The notes: generated from the sequence alone by a model not told the origin. Shown: positions 1 through 9,970, numbered from the stretch's first letter. The stretch is DNA of 64,000 nt from Pseudomonadales bacterium (GCA_030744435.1 JASLQO010000009.1:254176-318175), one strand, 5' to 3'. Translations and numbers: made by a program.

Positions 1-19
1 GCGTTCTGTCCACGCGGGT

Positions 20-943
20 CTAGCTCTTCAGCGCCTTGCTGGTGATGGCCGTGATTTCGCTGTCCACGTTTTCGATGTCCTCCTGGAACTTGAGGATCAC
101 GTTCAGTGTATCGCGCACCAGTTGTGGGTCCAGAGTCTCCGTATGCAGCAGTAGCAGCGTGCGCGCCCAGTCGATGGTCTCGGAAATTGCCGGGACCTTC
201 TTCAGGTCCAGATCCCGCAGTTCCTGAATGAAGGTCACCAACTGCCGGCGCAGCTCCTCCGGAATGTCCGGCACGCGGGCATGAATGATACGTTGCTCGA
301 TATCCACATCCGGGAATGGAATGTACAGGTGCAGGCAGCGCCGTTTTAGTGCATCTGAGATCTCCCGGGTGTTGTTGGAGGTGAGGAACACCATCGGAGG
401 TTCCTTGGTTGCCTTCACCGTACCGATCTCCGGGATGGAGACCTGATAGTCGGAGAGAATCTCCAGCAGCAGCGACTCGAACTCGTGATCGGACTTGTCG
501 ACCTCATCGATCAACAGCACGCAGCCGTCTTCCTCACGCAGAGCCTTCAACAGCGGCCTCGGTTCGAGAAATTCCTCGGAGAAGAAGATATCGCCGAACT
601 CGTGCAGGCGGCCGACCGATTCGGCGAAACCCTGGGCACCCTGCAGAACCTCGTCCAGGGTTTCCTTCAGCACCTGCGTGTAGAGGAGCTGCTTGCCGTA
701 TTTCCACTCATAGATTGCCTTGGCTTCATCGAGTCCCTCGTAGCACTGCAGGCGGATGAGGGGCAGGTCGAACATCTCCGAGGTCGTCTTCGCAAGCTCG
801 GTCTTACCGACGCCGGGTGGGCCCTCGACGAGTACGGGTTTGCGCAGGTGGAATGCGAGATACACTGCTGTGGCAACCTGATCGCTGCAGATGTAACGGT
901 GTTCCTCGAAGTGCGCCTTCAGCGCCTCCACCGATTCGGCCAT
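20..943 (-). CDS. MoxR-like AAA+ ATPase
   Basis: Track ORF 20..1336(-) trimmed to the ATG at 943 (MAESVEALKAHF...). Walker A GPPGVGKT, Walker B LLIDEVDK, MoxR/AAA_3-type layout. The 131 upstream codons are Arg/Pro-rich and look non-coding. Confidence 0.85.
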   Translation of the reverse strand: MAESVEALKAHFEEHRYICSDQVATAVYLAFHLRKPVLVEGPPGVGKTELAKTTSEMFDLPLIRLQCYEGLDEAKAIYEWKYGKQLLYTQVLKETLDEVLQGAQGFAESVGRLHEFGDIFFSEEFLEPRPLLKALREEDGCVLLIDEVDKSDHEFESLLLEILSDYQVSIPEIGTVKATKEPPMVFLTSNNTREISDALKRRCLHLYIPFPDVDIEQRIIHARVPDIPEELRRQLVTFIQELRDLDLKKVPAISETIDWARTLLLLHTETLDPQLVRDTLNVILKFQEDIENVDSEITAITSKALKS

Positions 944-1096
944 TTTCGCTATGTCGGGCACCTTTTCCCCTAAAATCAAGCACAAACAAACAATTATCCG
1001 GACCTGGGAGTGCCTTGTATAGGTGCGTGAGCTGTGGAGTCCCCGTATTGGATCCCGGGGCAGGTAGAATGACAAGCTGAAGCAGAGGGGGAAGAA

Positions 1097-1332
1097 ATGA
1101 CGAGATGGTCCTGGCTGGTGCTCGGCGTGTGTGTCTGCGGGCAGGTGTCTGTGGGCAGGTGTACCCAACTGCCGCATACGCCGAGTTGGTGATTCATGCG
1201 GGACGCATGGTGGACGTGGAGATGCTGGAGGTATTGGAAGAGCGCTCCATCGTTGTGGAGGGCGAACGTATCGTCGAGGTGGTCGAGGACTATCGCGATG
1301 GTGATGAAAGCTGGGTCGGTGTACAACCATGA
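1097..1332 (+). pseudogene. N-terminal remnant of a secreted amidohydrolase-type gene (frameshifted and truncated)
   Basis: ATG 1097 behind a GAGGGGGAAG RBS gives signal-peptide-like MTRWSWLVLGVCVCGQV, then hits a stop. Track ORF 1105..1332 in another frame continues QVYPTAAYAELVIHAGRMVDVE...IVVEGERIVEV, the usual N-terminal pattern of metal-dependent amidohydrolases. The two frames are separated by a 14-bp tandem duplication (1131-1158). No HxH catalytic region follows because ggt starts at 1329. Confidence 0.45.
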
Positions 1333-2951
1333 GCACTAGTCAGACAACTCACGGCATGGTGAGCGCCCCACAACCGGAGGCTGTGGAAGCCGGTGCTTTG
1401 GCGCTGAAGCGTGGCGGCAATGCGGTAGACGCCGCCATTGCCTGTGCACTGGTGCAGACGGCGGTGGACCCGCAGATGTGCGGTATCGCGGGATTCGGTT
1501 CCCTGCACGTCTATCTGCCCGAGCGCGCAGAGCACTGCTTCATCGATTTCCACGGCGCAGCGCCGCTGGCCGCCACCGCCGACATGTGGGCGGATAAAAT
1601 CGTGGCCGAGACCGAGGACGGTTTCGGATTCATTCTGAAGGGGCATGTCAATGATCTGGGCTATGGCTCCATCACGGTGCCAGGATCACTGAAGGCGTTT
1701 GCCGAGGCGTTGCAACGCTGGGGCAATCTGACGCTTGGGGATCTCCTGCCCGCCGCGATCGAGTATTGCGAAAACGGCTTCATCGTGCGTCCGCACGTGG
1801 CGAGCTACTGGAACCTGGTGGAAGTCGCCGGACGCGTTCCGCACGGTGAGCGGCTTACGCGCATCCCGGCGACAGCAAAAATCTACACCACGGATGAAGG
1901 GCGAATTCGAAAGGCGGGTGAGTTGCACCGCAACCCGGACATGGGGCGAACCTACCGGCGTATAGCAGAGCATGGCGTGGAGGACTTCTATGAGGGTGGC
2001 ATCGCCCGCGAGATAGATATTGACATGCGTACCAACGGTGCGCTGCTCTCCCTGGCGGATCTCGGTCAGTACGAGACTATCGATGCCCGACCGCTGTGGG
2101 GAGAGTATCGCGGCCATCGCATTGCCACCAACCAACTGCCTGGCGGCGGCGCCATGGTTCTGGAGATGCTCAATATTCTCGAGCACTTTGATCTGACCGG
2201 CATGGGGCACAATTCGCCCGATTATCTTGCGACCGTGGCTGAGGCGATGAAGATCGCGACCGTCGACAAGGACGAGCACTTCGGCGACCCGCGCTTCGTG
2301 GAGGTGCCCCTCGAGCGCCTGCTGTCCCACGAGCATGCCGCGAACATGGCCGAGCGCATCATCGCCGGGGAGAAGACCTATGTGCCGCGCCTCAATCGGG
2401 GGGCAGACAACAAAGACACGACACATGTGTGTGCGGTGGATGAGCGTGGCAGCTGCGTGTCGATGACGCACTCGCTGGGCAATCCTTCCGGAGTCGTCAC
2501 CGATGGGCTCGGTTTTATGTACAACGGATGCATGAACGTGTTCGATCCGCGTCCCGGCAGAGCGGATTCCATTGCACCTGGAAAGTCCCGCTTCACAGCG
2601 ATGTCACCGACGATAGTGTTCAGAGACGAGCATCCGTATCTCGTGATCGGGGCGCCTGGCGGCACGTTCATCACCATGGGCGTGCTACAGGGCATCCTCA
2701 ACGTGCTCGATTTCGGCATGAACGCGCTGGAAGCGGTGTCCGCACCACGTTTTTGTGTCACCAGCGACATCATCGATCTCACCAATCGCATCCCCCGCTA
2801 TATCGAGGCGGAGCTGAACCGGCGCGGATACCAGACACGGCGTACGCATCTCAGTTATCACTTCGCCGGTGTGCATGCCATTCGCCTCACGGAGCAGGGC
2901 TGGGATGGCGGTGCCGACCCGGGTAGGGATGGTATGGCGCTGGTGGTTTGA
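1329..2951 (+). CDS. ggt: gamma-glutamyltransferase family protein
   Basis: 540-aa ORF. GGT-family pattern throughout, with the autoprocessing/nucleophile Thr context NKDTTHVCAVDERG and a C-terminal GGADPGRDG-type end. Confidence 0.9.
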   Translation: MSTSQTTHGMVSAPQPEAVEAGALALKRGGNAVDAAIACALVQTAVDPQMCGIAGFGSLHVYLPERAEHCFIDFHGAAPLAATADMWADKIVAETEDGFGFILKGHVNDLGYGSITVPGSLKAFAEALQRWGNLTLGDLLPAAIEYCENGFIVRPHVASYWNLVEVAGRVPHGERLTRIPATAKIYTTDEGRIRKAGELHRNPDMGRTYRRIAEHGVEDFYEGGIAREIDIDMRTNGALLSLADLGQYETIDARPLWGEYRGHRIATNQLPGGGAMVLEMLNILEHFDLTGMGHNSPDYLATVAEAMKIATVDKDEHFGDPRFVEVPLERLLSHEHAANMAERIIAGEKTYVPRLNRGADNKDTTHVCAVDERGSCVSMTHSLGNPSGVVTDGLGFMYNGCMNVFDPRPGRADSIAPGKSRFTAMSPTIVFRDEHPYLVIGAPGGTFITMGVLQGILNVLDFGMNALEAVSAPRFCVTSDIIDLTNRIPRYIEAELNRRGYQTRRTHLSYHFAGVHAIRLTEQGWDGGADPGRDGMALVV

Positions 2952-3835
2952 GTACGGTCGTACGCAAACCGCGAATGGATGCGCTCGCCGCGTCGATACT
3001 GATCACGTTCAACATCATCCTGGGACTCAACCAGGCACTGGTGAAAGTGGTGAACGCCGGCTTCTCGCCGGTGTTTCAGGCGGGTCTGCGCTCCATCTGC
3101 GCGATCGTACCGGTGCTTGCCTTTGCGCTGCTGATGCGCAGGCGTGTGAGCATCACGGACGGGTCGCTACCGCTTGGATTGCTGAACGGGCTGCTCTTTT
3201 CCATCGAGTTTTCATTGCTGTTCCTGGCGCTCGACTACACGACCGTCGCCCGGGTCTCGTTGTTGTTCTACACCATGCCGTTCTGGGTGGGGTTGGCTGC
3301 GCATTTCCTTTTTCCAGGTGAGCGCCTCACCGTTGCTCGTTCGGCAGGACTGTTGCTGGCACTCGGCGGTGTAGCGCTGGTATTGACCGAAGAGGGGGTG
3401 AGCGCGGGGGAACAGGCCTGGATCGGAGACTTGCTGGCGCTGGCTGCCGCACTGGCCTGGGGTTCGATAGCGCTACTCACGCGCGGGACGCGGCTGTCCG
3501 AAGTGACCCCCGAGATGAATCTTCTATACCAGTTGGGCGTTTCAGCGGTGGTGCTGACGGTCGCGGCAGCCTTGTTAGGTGACATGGTGCGAGAGCCGAC
3601 CAGCACAATCTATGCCGTATTTGCCTTTCAGGTGATCGTGGTGGTGGCTATTGGCTTTTCCGTGTGGTTCTGGATTCTCTCCATCTACCCGGTGTCGAAT
3701 ATGGCCTCATTTAGCCTGTTGGCACCGGTCTGTGGCGTATTTTTCGGTGCGTTGATCTTCGATGAAGTGATTTCGGCGACTTTCATCGCCGCGCTCGCGC
3801 TGGTCGTCTCTGGTATTGTGCTGGTGAACCGCTGA
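2948..3835 (+). CDS. DMT superfamily (EamA-like) transporter
   Basis: About 10 predicted hydrophobic helices arranged as two EamA-like halves. The track start is TTG 2948, overlapping the ggt stop. An alternative ATG at 2975 (MDALAAS...) is equally plausible. Confidence 0.8.
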   Translation: MSTVVRKPRMDALAASILITFNIILGLNQALVKVVNAGFSPVFQAGLRSICAIVPVLAFALLMRRRVSITDGSLPLGLLNGLLFSIEFSLLFLALDYTTVARVSLLFYTMPFWVGLAAHFLFPGERLTVARSAGLLLALGGVALVLTEEGVSAGEQAWIGDLLALAAALAWGSIALLTRGTRLSEVTPEMNLLYQLGVSAVVLTVAAALLGDMVREPTSTIYAVFAFQVIVVVAIGFSVWFWILSIYPVSNMASFSLLAPVCGVFFGALIFDEVISATFIAALALVVSGIVLVNR

Positions 3836-3851
3836 CGGGGAGCGCAAAAAC

Positions 3852-4976
3852 ATGTATCGGGGCTGGATAGCCGTCATCGTGATCAGTGCCGCAGTCGCGG
3901 GAGGTCTTGGGTATTACAAATACCAGCAGATACAAGCCGCGATCGCCATGGCAGCCGCGTTTCCGGAACCGATAGAAGCGGTGGAGGTATTTGTCTCCCG
4001 TGAGGAATTGTGGCAGCCGGTGACATCCGTGACCGCGGAAGTGGTCGCGCGGCGATCGGTGACGCTGCGTAACGAACTGGCGGGTACGATAGAGGCGGTG
4101 GGGTTCGAGCCAGGGGACGAGGTGGAGAGCGGACAGCTGCTGCTGCGCCTCGATACCAGTGAAGAGCGTGCGAACCTGGCGGCGGCAAAAGCAGAAGCGC
4201 AGGTCGCGAAATTGGATCTCGCGCGCAACCAGAAACTCATCGCTTCGGGTGCGGGCACGGAAGAGGCGCGGGACCGTGCGCGAGCGCGTTTCGATGCCGC
4301 GATGGCGGTGGTCAGGCGGCTGGAAGCCGTCATCGGGAAAAAGACACTGCGGGCCCCGTTCGCCGCCCGTGCCGGATTGCACGAACTGGAGGCCGGCCAG
4401 TTTCTCGACAAAGCCAGCACCATCACCCGCCTCATGGGTCTGGACGAAGAAATCTGGGTAGATTTTTCGCTGCCGCAGGAGCAGGCCGCGCTGGAGATTA
4501 GTTCTTCGGTCATGGTGACCCTCGGAGGACCGGATGGACGATCTGCCAGCGCCCGGATTATAGGGCGGGATGCGTTTGTCAACGAACGCTCACGCAATGT
4601 GCGGTTCAGGGCACTGGTGACGAACGACTTACTGCGTGCAGTGCCAGGGTCGCTGGCTAGCGTAGAGGTACCGCTCGGCGAAGCGCGGGTAGCCGCTCTC
4701 GTGCCTGTCACCTCAGTGCGCAAGGATTCGTTCGGCGCGAAAGTGTTCGTGCTGCAACCGGCTGAAGAGGGCGCCCGAGGGGACAGTCGCGCCGAGTCTC
4801 GTAGCGTGACGCTGGGCCCGCAGCGCGGTGATCTCGTTATCGTGGTCGGCGTGGAAGTGGGAGAGCGCGTCGCTGCCAATGGCGCGTTCAAGTTGCGTCA
4901 TGGCGTTCTGGTGAACGGCCGAACGTCGGAACAGACGGCCGCAGCCGATGCCATTTTCTCGGAGGAGGGTTCGTGA
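3852..4976 (+). CDS. RND efflux periplasmic adaptor (HlyD/MFP family)
   Basis: N-terminal membrane anchor, coiled-coil region (ANLAAAKAEAQVAKLDLARNQKL) and beta-barrel part. Overlaps the downstream RND pump start by 4 nt. Confidence 0.85.
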   Translation: MYRGWIAVIVISAAVAGGLGYYKYQQIQAAIAMAAAFPEPIEAVEVFVSREELWQPVTSVTAEVVARRSVTLRNELAGTIEAVGFEPGDEVESGQLLLRLDTSEERANLAAAKAEAQVAKLDLARNQKLIASGAGTEEARDRARARFDAAMAVVRRLEAVIGKKTLRAPFAARAGLHELEAGQFLDKASTITRLMGLDEEIWVDFSLPQEQAALEISSSVMVTLGGPDGRSASARIIGRDAFVNERSRNVRFRALVTNDLLRAVPGSLASVEVPLGEARVAALVPVTSVRKDSFGAKVFVLQPAEEGARGDSRAESRSVTLGPQRGDLVIVVGVEVGERVAANGAFKLRHGVLVNGRTSEQTAAADAIFSEEGS

Positions 4977-7900
4977 ATCTCGTTCGTGCCGCCCGCACGC
5001 CGCGCTTCACAGATGTGTTCATACGCCGGCCGGTACTGGCGCTGGTGATTTCCATCGCTTTGGTGGTGATTGGCGTGAGGGTGGCCGTGGACATGCCGGT
5101 GTTGCAGTTCCCTCAGATCGAGAGTGCCTCTCTGGTGATAACGACACCGTACATCGGTGCATCTGCAGAGGTCGTGCAGGGCTTTGTCACCGATCCCATC
5201 GAACGTGCCGCGGCCACCATTCCGGGTGTGGACTTCATCGATTCAGTGACCACCGCCGGAATGAGCACGGTGACGGTATATCTGAAACTCAACGAGCGCA
5301 GCACGGATGCGCTCGCTGAATTGTCGACGCGTCTGGGACAGATCCGCTTCGAGCTGCCACGTGGCGCGGAAGATCCATCCGTACTGGTGCAGCGCGCAGA
5401 TCGGCCTCAGGCCGGTTGGTATCTCGGTGTGAAACTCAACGACCATGCCACGCACTCTGAGGTAACCGATTATCTGCGTCGCGAGGTGGTGCCGCAGCTA
5501 TCCTCCATCACCGGTGTGCAGCAGGTGTGGCTCGGTGGCGGGCGCCTGCCGGCGATGCGCATCTGGCTGAATCCCGATCGCATGGCGATGTTCAACGTGA
5601 ATGCCGCGGACGTGGAAACCGCACTCGCCCGCAACAACATCATCGCGACCATCGGCCAGAGTGAAAATGCTAACCAGCAGATCGATCTGATGGTGGATAC
5701 CTCGCTCAAGAGTGCCGAAGAATTCGAGCGTATCGTCATTCGGGAAGCGGATGGCGCGTTGATACGTATAGGTGATGTGGCGCGGGTCGAGCTGGGAGAG
5801 GAGGAGAACAACAGCCTGGGCAGGCTCAATCAGTCCATCACCGTTTGGCTCGGTCTGTACCCGCTGCCGGGTTCAAACGAGATCGAAATCGCCGACGAGA
5901 TGTACGGCGTGCTCGATGACATCAACGCCACCATGCCGTCCGGGCTCGAAATCGAGATCGGTCACGACGTCACCCAATATATGCGCAACGCGCTGCGAGA
6001 GATCTTCATCACGCTGGGTGAGACGGTCCTCCTCGTGGGTCTGGTGGTGGTTGCACTCATGGGATCGTTTCGCACCGCGCTGGTACCTCTGGTGACTATT
6101 CCCGTGTCCCTGCTCGGCGCGGTGGCGGCCATGGCCATCATGGGCTTCTCATTCAACCTGCTCACGGTTCTCGCCATCGTGCTTTCCGTGGGGCTGGTCG
6201 TGGACGATGCCATCGTGATGGTGGAAAACGTGGCTCGCTACATGCGCGAGGGACATTCGCGTTTCGAGGCGGCGCTCGCGAGTTCCAGGCAGCTGGTCTC
6301 GCCCATCATTGCCATGACGCTGACGCTCGCCACCGTTTACGCGCCCATCGGTTTTCTGTCCGGGCTGACCGGCGTACTGTTCAAGGAGTTTGCCTTCACG
6401 CTGGCGGTAGCCGTGCTCATATCGGGATTTCTGGCGCTCACGCTGTCGCCGGTGATGAGTTCGTGGGTGGCGCCGGAGCGCGGACGGGAAGCGAAGATGA
6501 CACAGAGGGTCAATGCGCTGTTTGAGGCCACGCGCTCCGTGTACAGCCGATTGCTCAATGTGGTGCTGGTGTCCAACGGTAAAGTCGTATTCGTGGCGCT
6601 GTTCGCGACGCTGCTCGCCATACCTTTTTTCCTTTTCTCGCAGAAAGAACTCGCCCCAACAGAGGATCAGGGCTCCATCAATGTGGCGTTTACCGCGCCA
6701 CCCGAGGCTTCGATCGGGTACACCGAGCGCTACATGTTCGCTGTGGTCGACGCCATGCTGGAACTTCCGGGGTCCGACGAGATGTGGCAGATGGTGAATC
6801 CCTCGGGGGGCTTTGGCGGTATAGAGTTCGTCGATTTCGATCTCCGCGAGAATTCCGTACACGATCTGTTGCCGCGTGCCTTCGGCACCTTGTCCCAGGT
6901 CACGGGTCTCACCGTGTTCCCGGTGCTGCCATCGGCGCTTCCGAGCGCGGGACGCTATGACATGGAGTTTGTCGTGTTGTCCTCCGATGATGCGCAAACC
7001 ATGCTGGGGCATGCTGATCGACTGCTGGAAGCAGCGAGAGCGAGCGGAGTGTTCATGTTCGTGGACACCGACCTTCGTATCGACCTTCCCCAGGGACGCT
7101 TTCTGCTCGATCGTGAACGGGTGGCGGATCTAGGCATGGATCTGGCCACCGTGTCGCGTCAGCTCGGCACCTATCTTTCCGCCAATTACGTCAACCGCTT
7201 CAATCTGGGCGGAACCGCGTATCGGGTGATCCCGATGGTCGAAGAGGGGGGGCGCTCCGATCCCACGGCGCTTTTGGACCTGCAATTACGCACACCGGCC
7301 GGTGACCTGGTGCCTCTGCGCGCCATTGCCCGGCTGGACCAGAGCGTGGCGCCCCGCCAACTGGCCAAGTTTCAGCAGAAAAACTCGTTCCGCATTCGCG
7401 GTGGCATCATTCCCGGGCGTACCAAGGAGGAAGGGCTGCAGGCCATGGAACGGCTGGCTGGACAGATTCTGCCGCCTGCCTACCAGGTGGATTATGCGGG
7501 TGAGTCGCGTCAGTTGCGCCAGGAAGGCAACACGCTGGTGGGCGTGCTCGGTGTTTCGCTCGTGTTCGTGTTCATGGCGCTGGCGGTGCAGTTCAACAGC
7601 TTCCGCGACCCGCTGGTGGTGCTGCTCGGCTCAGTTCCGCTTGCGCTGTCGGGCGCATTGCTGTTCACCTTTCTCGGACTCACTACCATCAACATCTACT
7701 CGCAGATCGGTTTCATCACACTGGTGGGGCTGATTGCGAAGAACGCGATTCTCATTGTCGAATTCGCGCGCCAGTCGCGCAGTGAAGGGAAGAGCAAACT
7801 GCAAGCCATTCACCAATCCGCGGAGACGAGGCTACGTCCCGTGCTGATGACGGCGGGTGCGACCATCATGGGGCACCTGCCGCTGGTGCTGGTAACCGGT

Positions 7901-8101
7901 CCGGGTGCGGAAGCCCGAAATAGCATCGGTATCGTATTGGTGGCCGGTATGGCGGTAGGAACGCTCTTCACGCTGTTCGTGTTGCCGAGCATCTACTATC
8001 TGCTGGCGAGCGAAACTCAGCAGACTCACGGTGATGTGTCGCAAGATAGCCGCGTGGCGGATGGGGCCCTGGCGCCCGAAACAGGCGGTGCAGTCCGCTG
8101 A
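4973..8101 (+). CDS. RND efflux transporter permease (AcrB/AcrD/AcrF family)
   Basis: 1042-aa ORF with a 12-TM/large-loop RND architecture. GTG start behind a GGAGGAGGG RBS. Typical FIRRPVLA.V N-terminus. Confidence 0.9.
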   Translation: MNLVRAARTPRFTDVFIRRPVLALVISIALVVIGVRVAVDMPVLQFPQIESASLVITTPYIGASAEVVQGFVTDPIERAAATIPGVDFIDSVTTAGMSTVTVYLKLNERSTDALAELSTRLGQIRFELPRGAEDPSVLVQRADRPQAGWYLGVKLNDHATHSEVTDYLRREVVPQLSSITGVQQVWLGGGRLPAMRIWLNPDRMAMFNVNAADVETALARNNIIATIGQSENANQQIDLMVDTSLKSAEEFERIVIREADGALIRIGDVARVELGEEENNSLGRLNQSITVWLGLYPLPGSNEIEIADEMYGVLDDINATMPSGLEIEIGHDVTQYMRNALREIFITLGETVLLVGLVVVALMGSFRTALVPLVTIPVSLLGAVAAMAIMGFSFNLLTVLAIVLSVGLVVDDAIVMVENVARYMREGHSRFEAALASSRQLVSPIIAMTLTLATVYAPIGFLSGLTGVLFKEFAFTLAVAVLISGFLALTLSPVMSSWVAPERGREAKMTQRVNALFEATRSVYSRLLNVVLVSNGKVVFVALFATLLAIPFFLFSQKELAPTEDQGSINVAFTAPPEASIGYTERYMFAVVDAMLELPGSDEMWQMVNPSGGFGGIEFVDFDLRENSVHDLLPRAFGTLSQVTGLTVFPVLPSALPSAGRYDMEFVVLSSDDAQTMLGHADRLLEAARASGVFMFVDTDLRIDLPQGRFLLDRERVADLGMDLATVSRQLGTYLSANYVNRFNLGGTAYRVIPMVEEGGRSDPTALLDLQLRTPAGDLVPLRAIARLDQSVAPRQLAKFQQKNSFRIRGGIIPGRTKEEGLQAMERLAGQILPPAYQVDYAGESRQLRQEGNTLVGVLGVSLVFVFMALAVQFNSFRDPLVVLLGSVPLALSGALLFTFLGLTTINIYSQIGFITLVGLIAKNAILIVEFARQSRSEGKSKLQAIHQSAETRLRPVLMTAGATIMGHLPLVLVTGPGAEARNSIGIVLVAGMAVGTLFTLFVLPSIYYLLASETQQTHGDVSQDSRVADGALAPETGGAVR

Positions 8102-8144
8102 ATGTAGGGCGGGCGTGGTCCCGGCGAAAATAGCCTCTTGAGCC

Positions 8145-8545
8145 TCAGTTGCGCGCCAACTCACTGAGCCGGCTGATGCGCGCGTCGTCCGGCCCCAGGT
8201 GTTCGATCAGGGTACCGAGGACCTCGGTGAAATCGAGTGTTCCTGCCAGTGCCATTTCCTCGAGATCAGCCCAGTGCTTCGTCCGATTGAAGAAGGCTTT
8301 GAATATGGCGAGATCGGTGCATGCGAGGAAGGGCACATTGCAGCCCATGAATGACTCCCACCGGATCCGAGTGGACGCCTTGTCGTGCAGCGGGAACGTA
8401 TTGAGGAATACTCCACCGGTGTTGCGCGCCACCACGAGCGAACCTGGGCGTCGTGTCGAAGACGTTCGCGTTGCTTGACGGTGGGGGTGATCTCATCGGG
8501 TAGTGCCGCGAGTGTGCGCTCCATTTCCGCGACGCCGACAAACAC
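8145..8545 (-). pseudogene. decayed nucleotidyltransferase-like (antitoxin/MNT-type C-terminal) gene
   Basis: Two minus-strand frames (8207..8545 and 8145..8435) must be joined by a frameshift near 8430. This gives ...FVGVAEMERTLAALPDE...VPFLACTDLAIFKAFFNRTKHWADLEEMALAGTLDF..., which resembles the C-terminal part of HTH-nucleotidyltransferase proteins. No intact N-terminal part exists on this strand. Confidence 0.4.
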
Positions 8546-8551
8546 GCGGGC

Positions 8552-8713
8552 ATGAGTCTGAGGGAACTTGCCCGACGAGCGGGAACCTCACACGCAACGC
8601 TCAGCGCGTACGAGAAAGGGGTCAAGACACCCTCGACCTCCACCTTCGTACGCCATGCACGGGCACAAGGCTGTCTGGATGCGGTGGCGGATTTCATGGA
8701 AAACATCGCCTGA
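8552..8713 (+). CDS. short XRE-type helix-turn-helix peptide (possibly a detached gene fragment)
   Basis: My own translation (below the track cutoff): MSLRELARRAGTSHATLSAYEKGVKTPSTSTFVRHARAQGCLDAVADFMENIA, 53 aa. Classic XRE HTH pattern. Lies head-to-head with the decayed gene at 8145..8545. Confidence 0.4.
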   Translation: MSLRELARRAGTSHATLSAYEKGVKTPSTSTFVRHARAQGCLDAVADFMENIA

Positions 8714-8813
8714 TCCGGTTCGGCGCTCCGGCAAGAGGTCTTGGTTTATCTATCTGTTGCTTCCCCTATACCGTGCTCGGCTCGCCGCGGGTGATTTGTA
8801 GGGCCCGCGTTCG

Positions 8814-9631
8814 TTACGAGGTGCCTTTGTTCTTCTCCTTTTCGAGCGCCAGTGCCACACCGCCGAGACGGCGTTGCTCGGGATCTGCATCCTTCGCACG
8901 CACGGAGCCCGCCATCTCCAGCATCATGTAGCTGGAATGCGTTGCCTGAACAGCGTTGCGGTAGCCCATGGCGTCCTGAGCGGCGTTGATGGAGTTCTTC
9001 AGCATGCGCAGGGTGAGGGCGTCGTTTTTTGCGATTCGCTGCGCCTGGGCCATGGCAGATTCCATCAGCTCTTCGCGCGGGACCACCTCACACACCAGCC
9101 CGAGTTCGAGCGCTTCCGCGGCGTGGATGAAGCGGTTCTCGTACAGGATCTGCTTCGCCTTGCGCACTCCGAGATCCCAGGGTGCGGTAAAGAGCTGGAG
9201 ATGCGCGGGTAGAAACTTTGCATCGTCCGCGGCGATGATCAGGTCCATGCATGACGCGATCAGGTAGCCACCGAAAATGCAGTACCCCTGCACCGCGGCG
9301 ATGGTGGGTTTTTGACGTCGCGCCAACGAAGGCTCGAATCGATCATCAGGTGCCATGAGCGATTGATCCGGCCGAGCGTGCCGGGACCGAAGGGCTCGGC
9401 CTCCTGATCCGCGATTTCTTCAGGGGTGCCGAGATCGTGGCCGGCGGAGAAGTGCTCACTGGCGCCGCACAGCACGACGACACGCACGGAGGTGTCGTTG
9501 TCGGCCTCGGCAAAGGCATCGTTCATTTCCTCCAGCAGTATGCGTGATTGCGCGTTGCGGTAGCGCGGCCGGTTGAGGCGAATGATGGCGATGCGGTCGT
9601 GTTTTTCGGTTTCGATCTGCTGGTAGCTCAT
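8814..9631 (-). pseudogene. enoyl-CoA hydratase/isomerase family gene with a frameshift
   Basis: N-terminal half in the frame of ORF 9260..9745, from ATG 9631 (MSYQQIETEKHDRIAIIRLNRP...FSAGHDLG). C-terminal half in ORF 8814..9356 (...RQKPTIAAVQGYCIFGGYLIASCMDLIIAADDAKF). The frames switch around 9350-9370. The span of 818 nt is not a multiple of 3. Confidence 0.7.
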
Positions 9632-9645
9632 GCGAGGTGCCCTTC

Positions 9646-9930
9646 TTATCTGTCTCTTGAATGAAAGCTTATCGTGAATCCGGTGCACTGCCACATATGC
9701 CACGTCAAGACGAGGTAGAAAGCGAGTGCGGTGGCGAAGTGCCACTCGGAGATGTTTTCCAGCCAGTCATCGTTTTCGACCAGGTTGGCGAGCGTGGCCA
9801 GAACAAGGTCCTCCAGCAGCATGAAGAGCCCGACATCGAATAGGGCCGTCGCGAGGTCGGCGAAGACGCCGTGAAAAGCGCTGATGCCGAATAAAAAGAG
9901 TGTTATCAGCCCGAGGTTCCGTGGCAACAT
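9646..9930 (-). CDS. small hypothetical membrane protein
   Basis: ORF 9646..10053 trimmed to ATG 9930 (MLPRNLGLITLFLFGISAF...) so that it does not overlap the upstream B12-domain gene. Two or three hydrophobic helices. No recognisable family. Confidence 0.4.
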   Translation of the reverse strand: MLPRNLGLITLFLFGISAFHGVFADLATALFDVGLFMLLEDLVLATLANLVENDDWLENISEWHFATALAFYLVLTWHMWQCTGFTISFHSRDR

Positions 9931-9970
9931 GAAGTCACCGCCACTGGCTTGCGGTGGTTGGAAACCGTTG

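Noticed and set aside
3914-4891. 325-aa minus-strand ORF opposite the RND adaptor gene. Similar long antisense ORFs occur at 6149-7012, 10985-11659 and 61915-62748.
   Set aside because: The composition is Ala/Arg/Ser/Pro-rich and low-complexity, typical of mirror frames in GC-rich coding DNA. The opposite strand carries clear family motifs.
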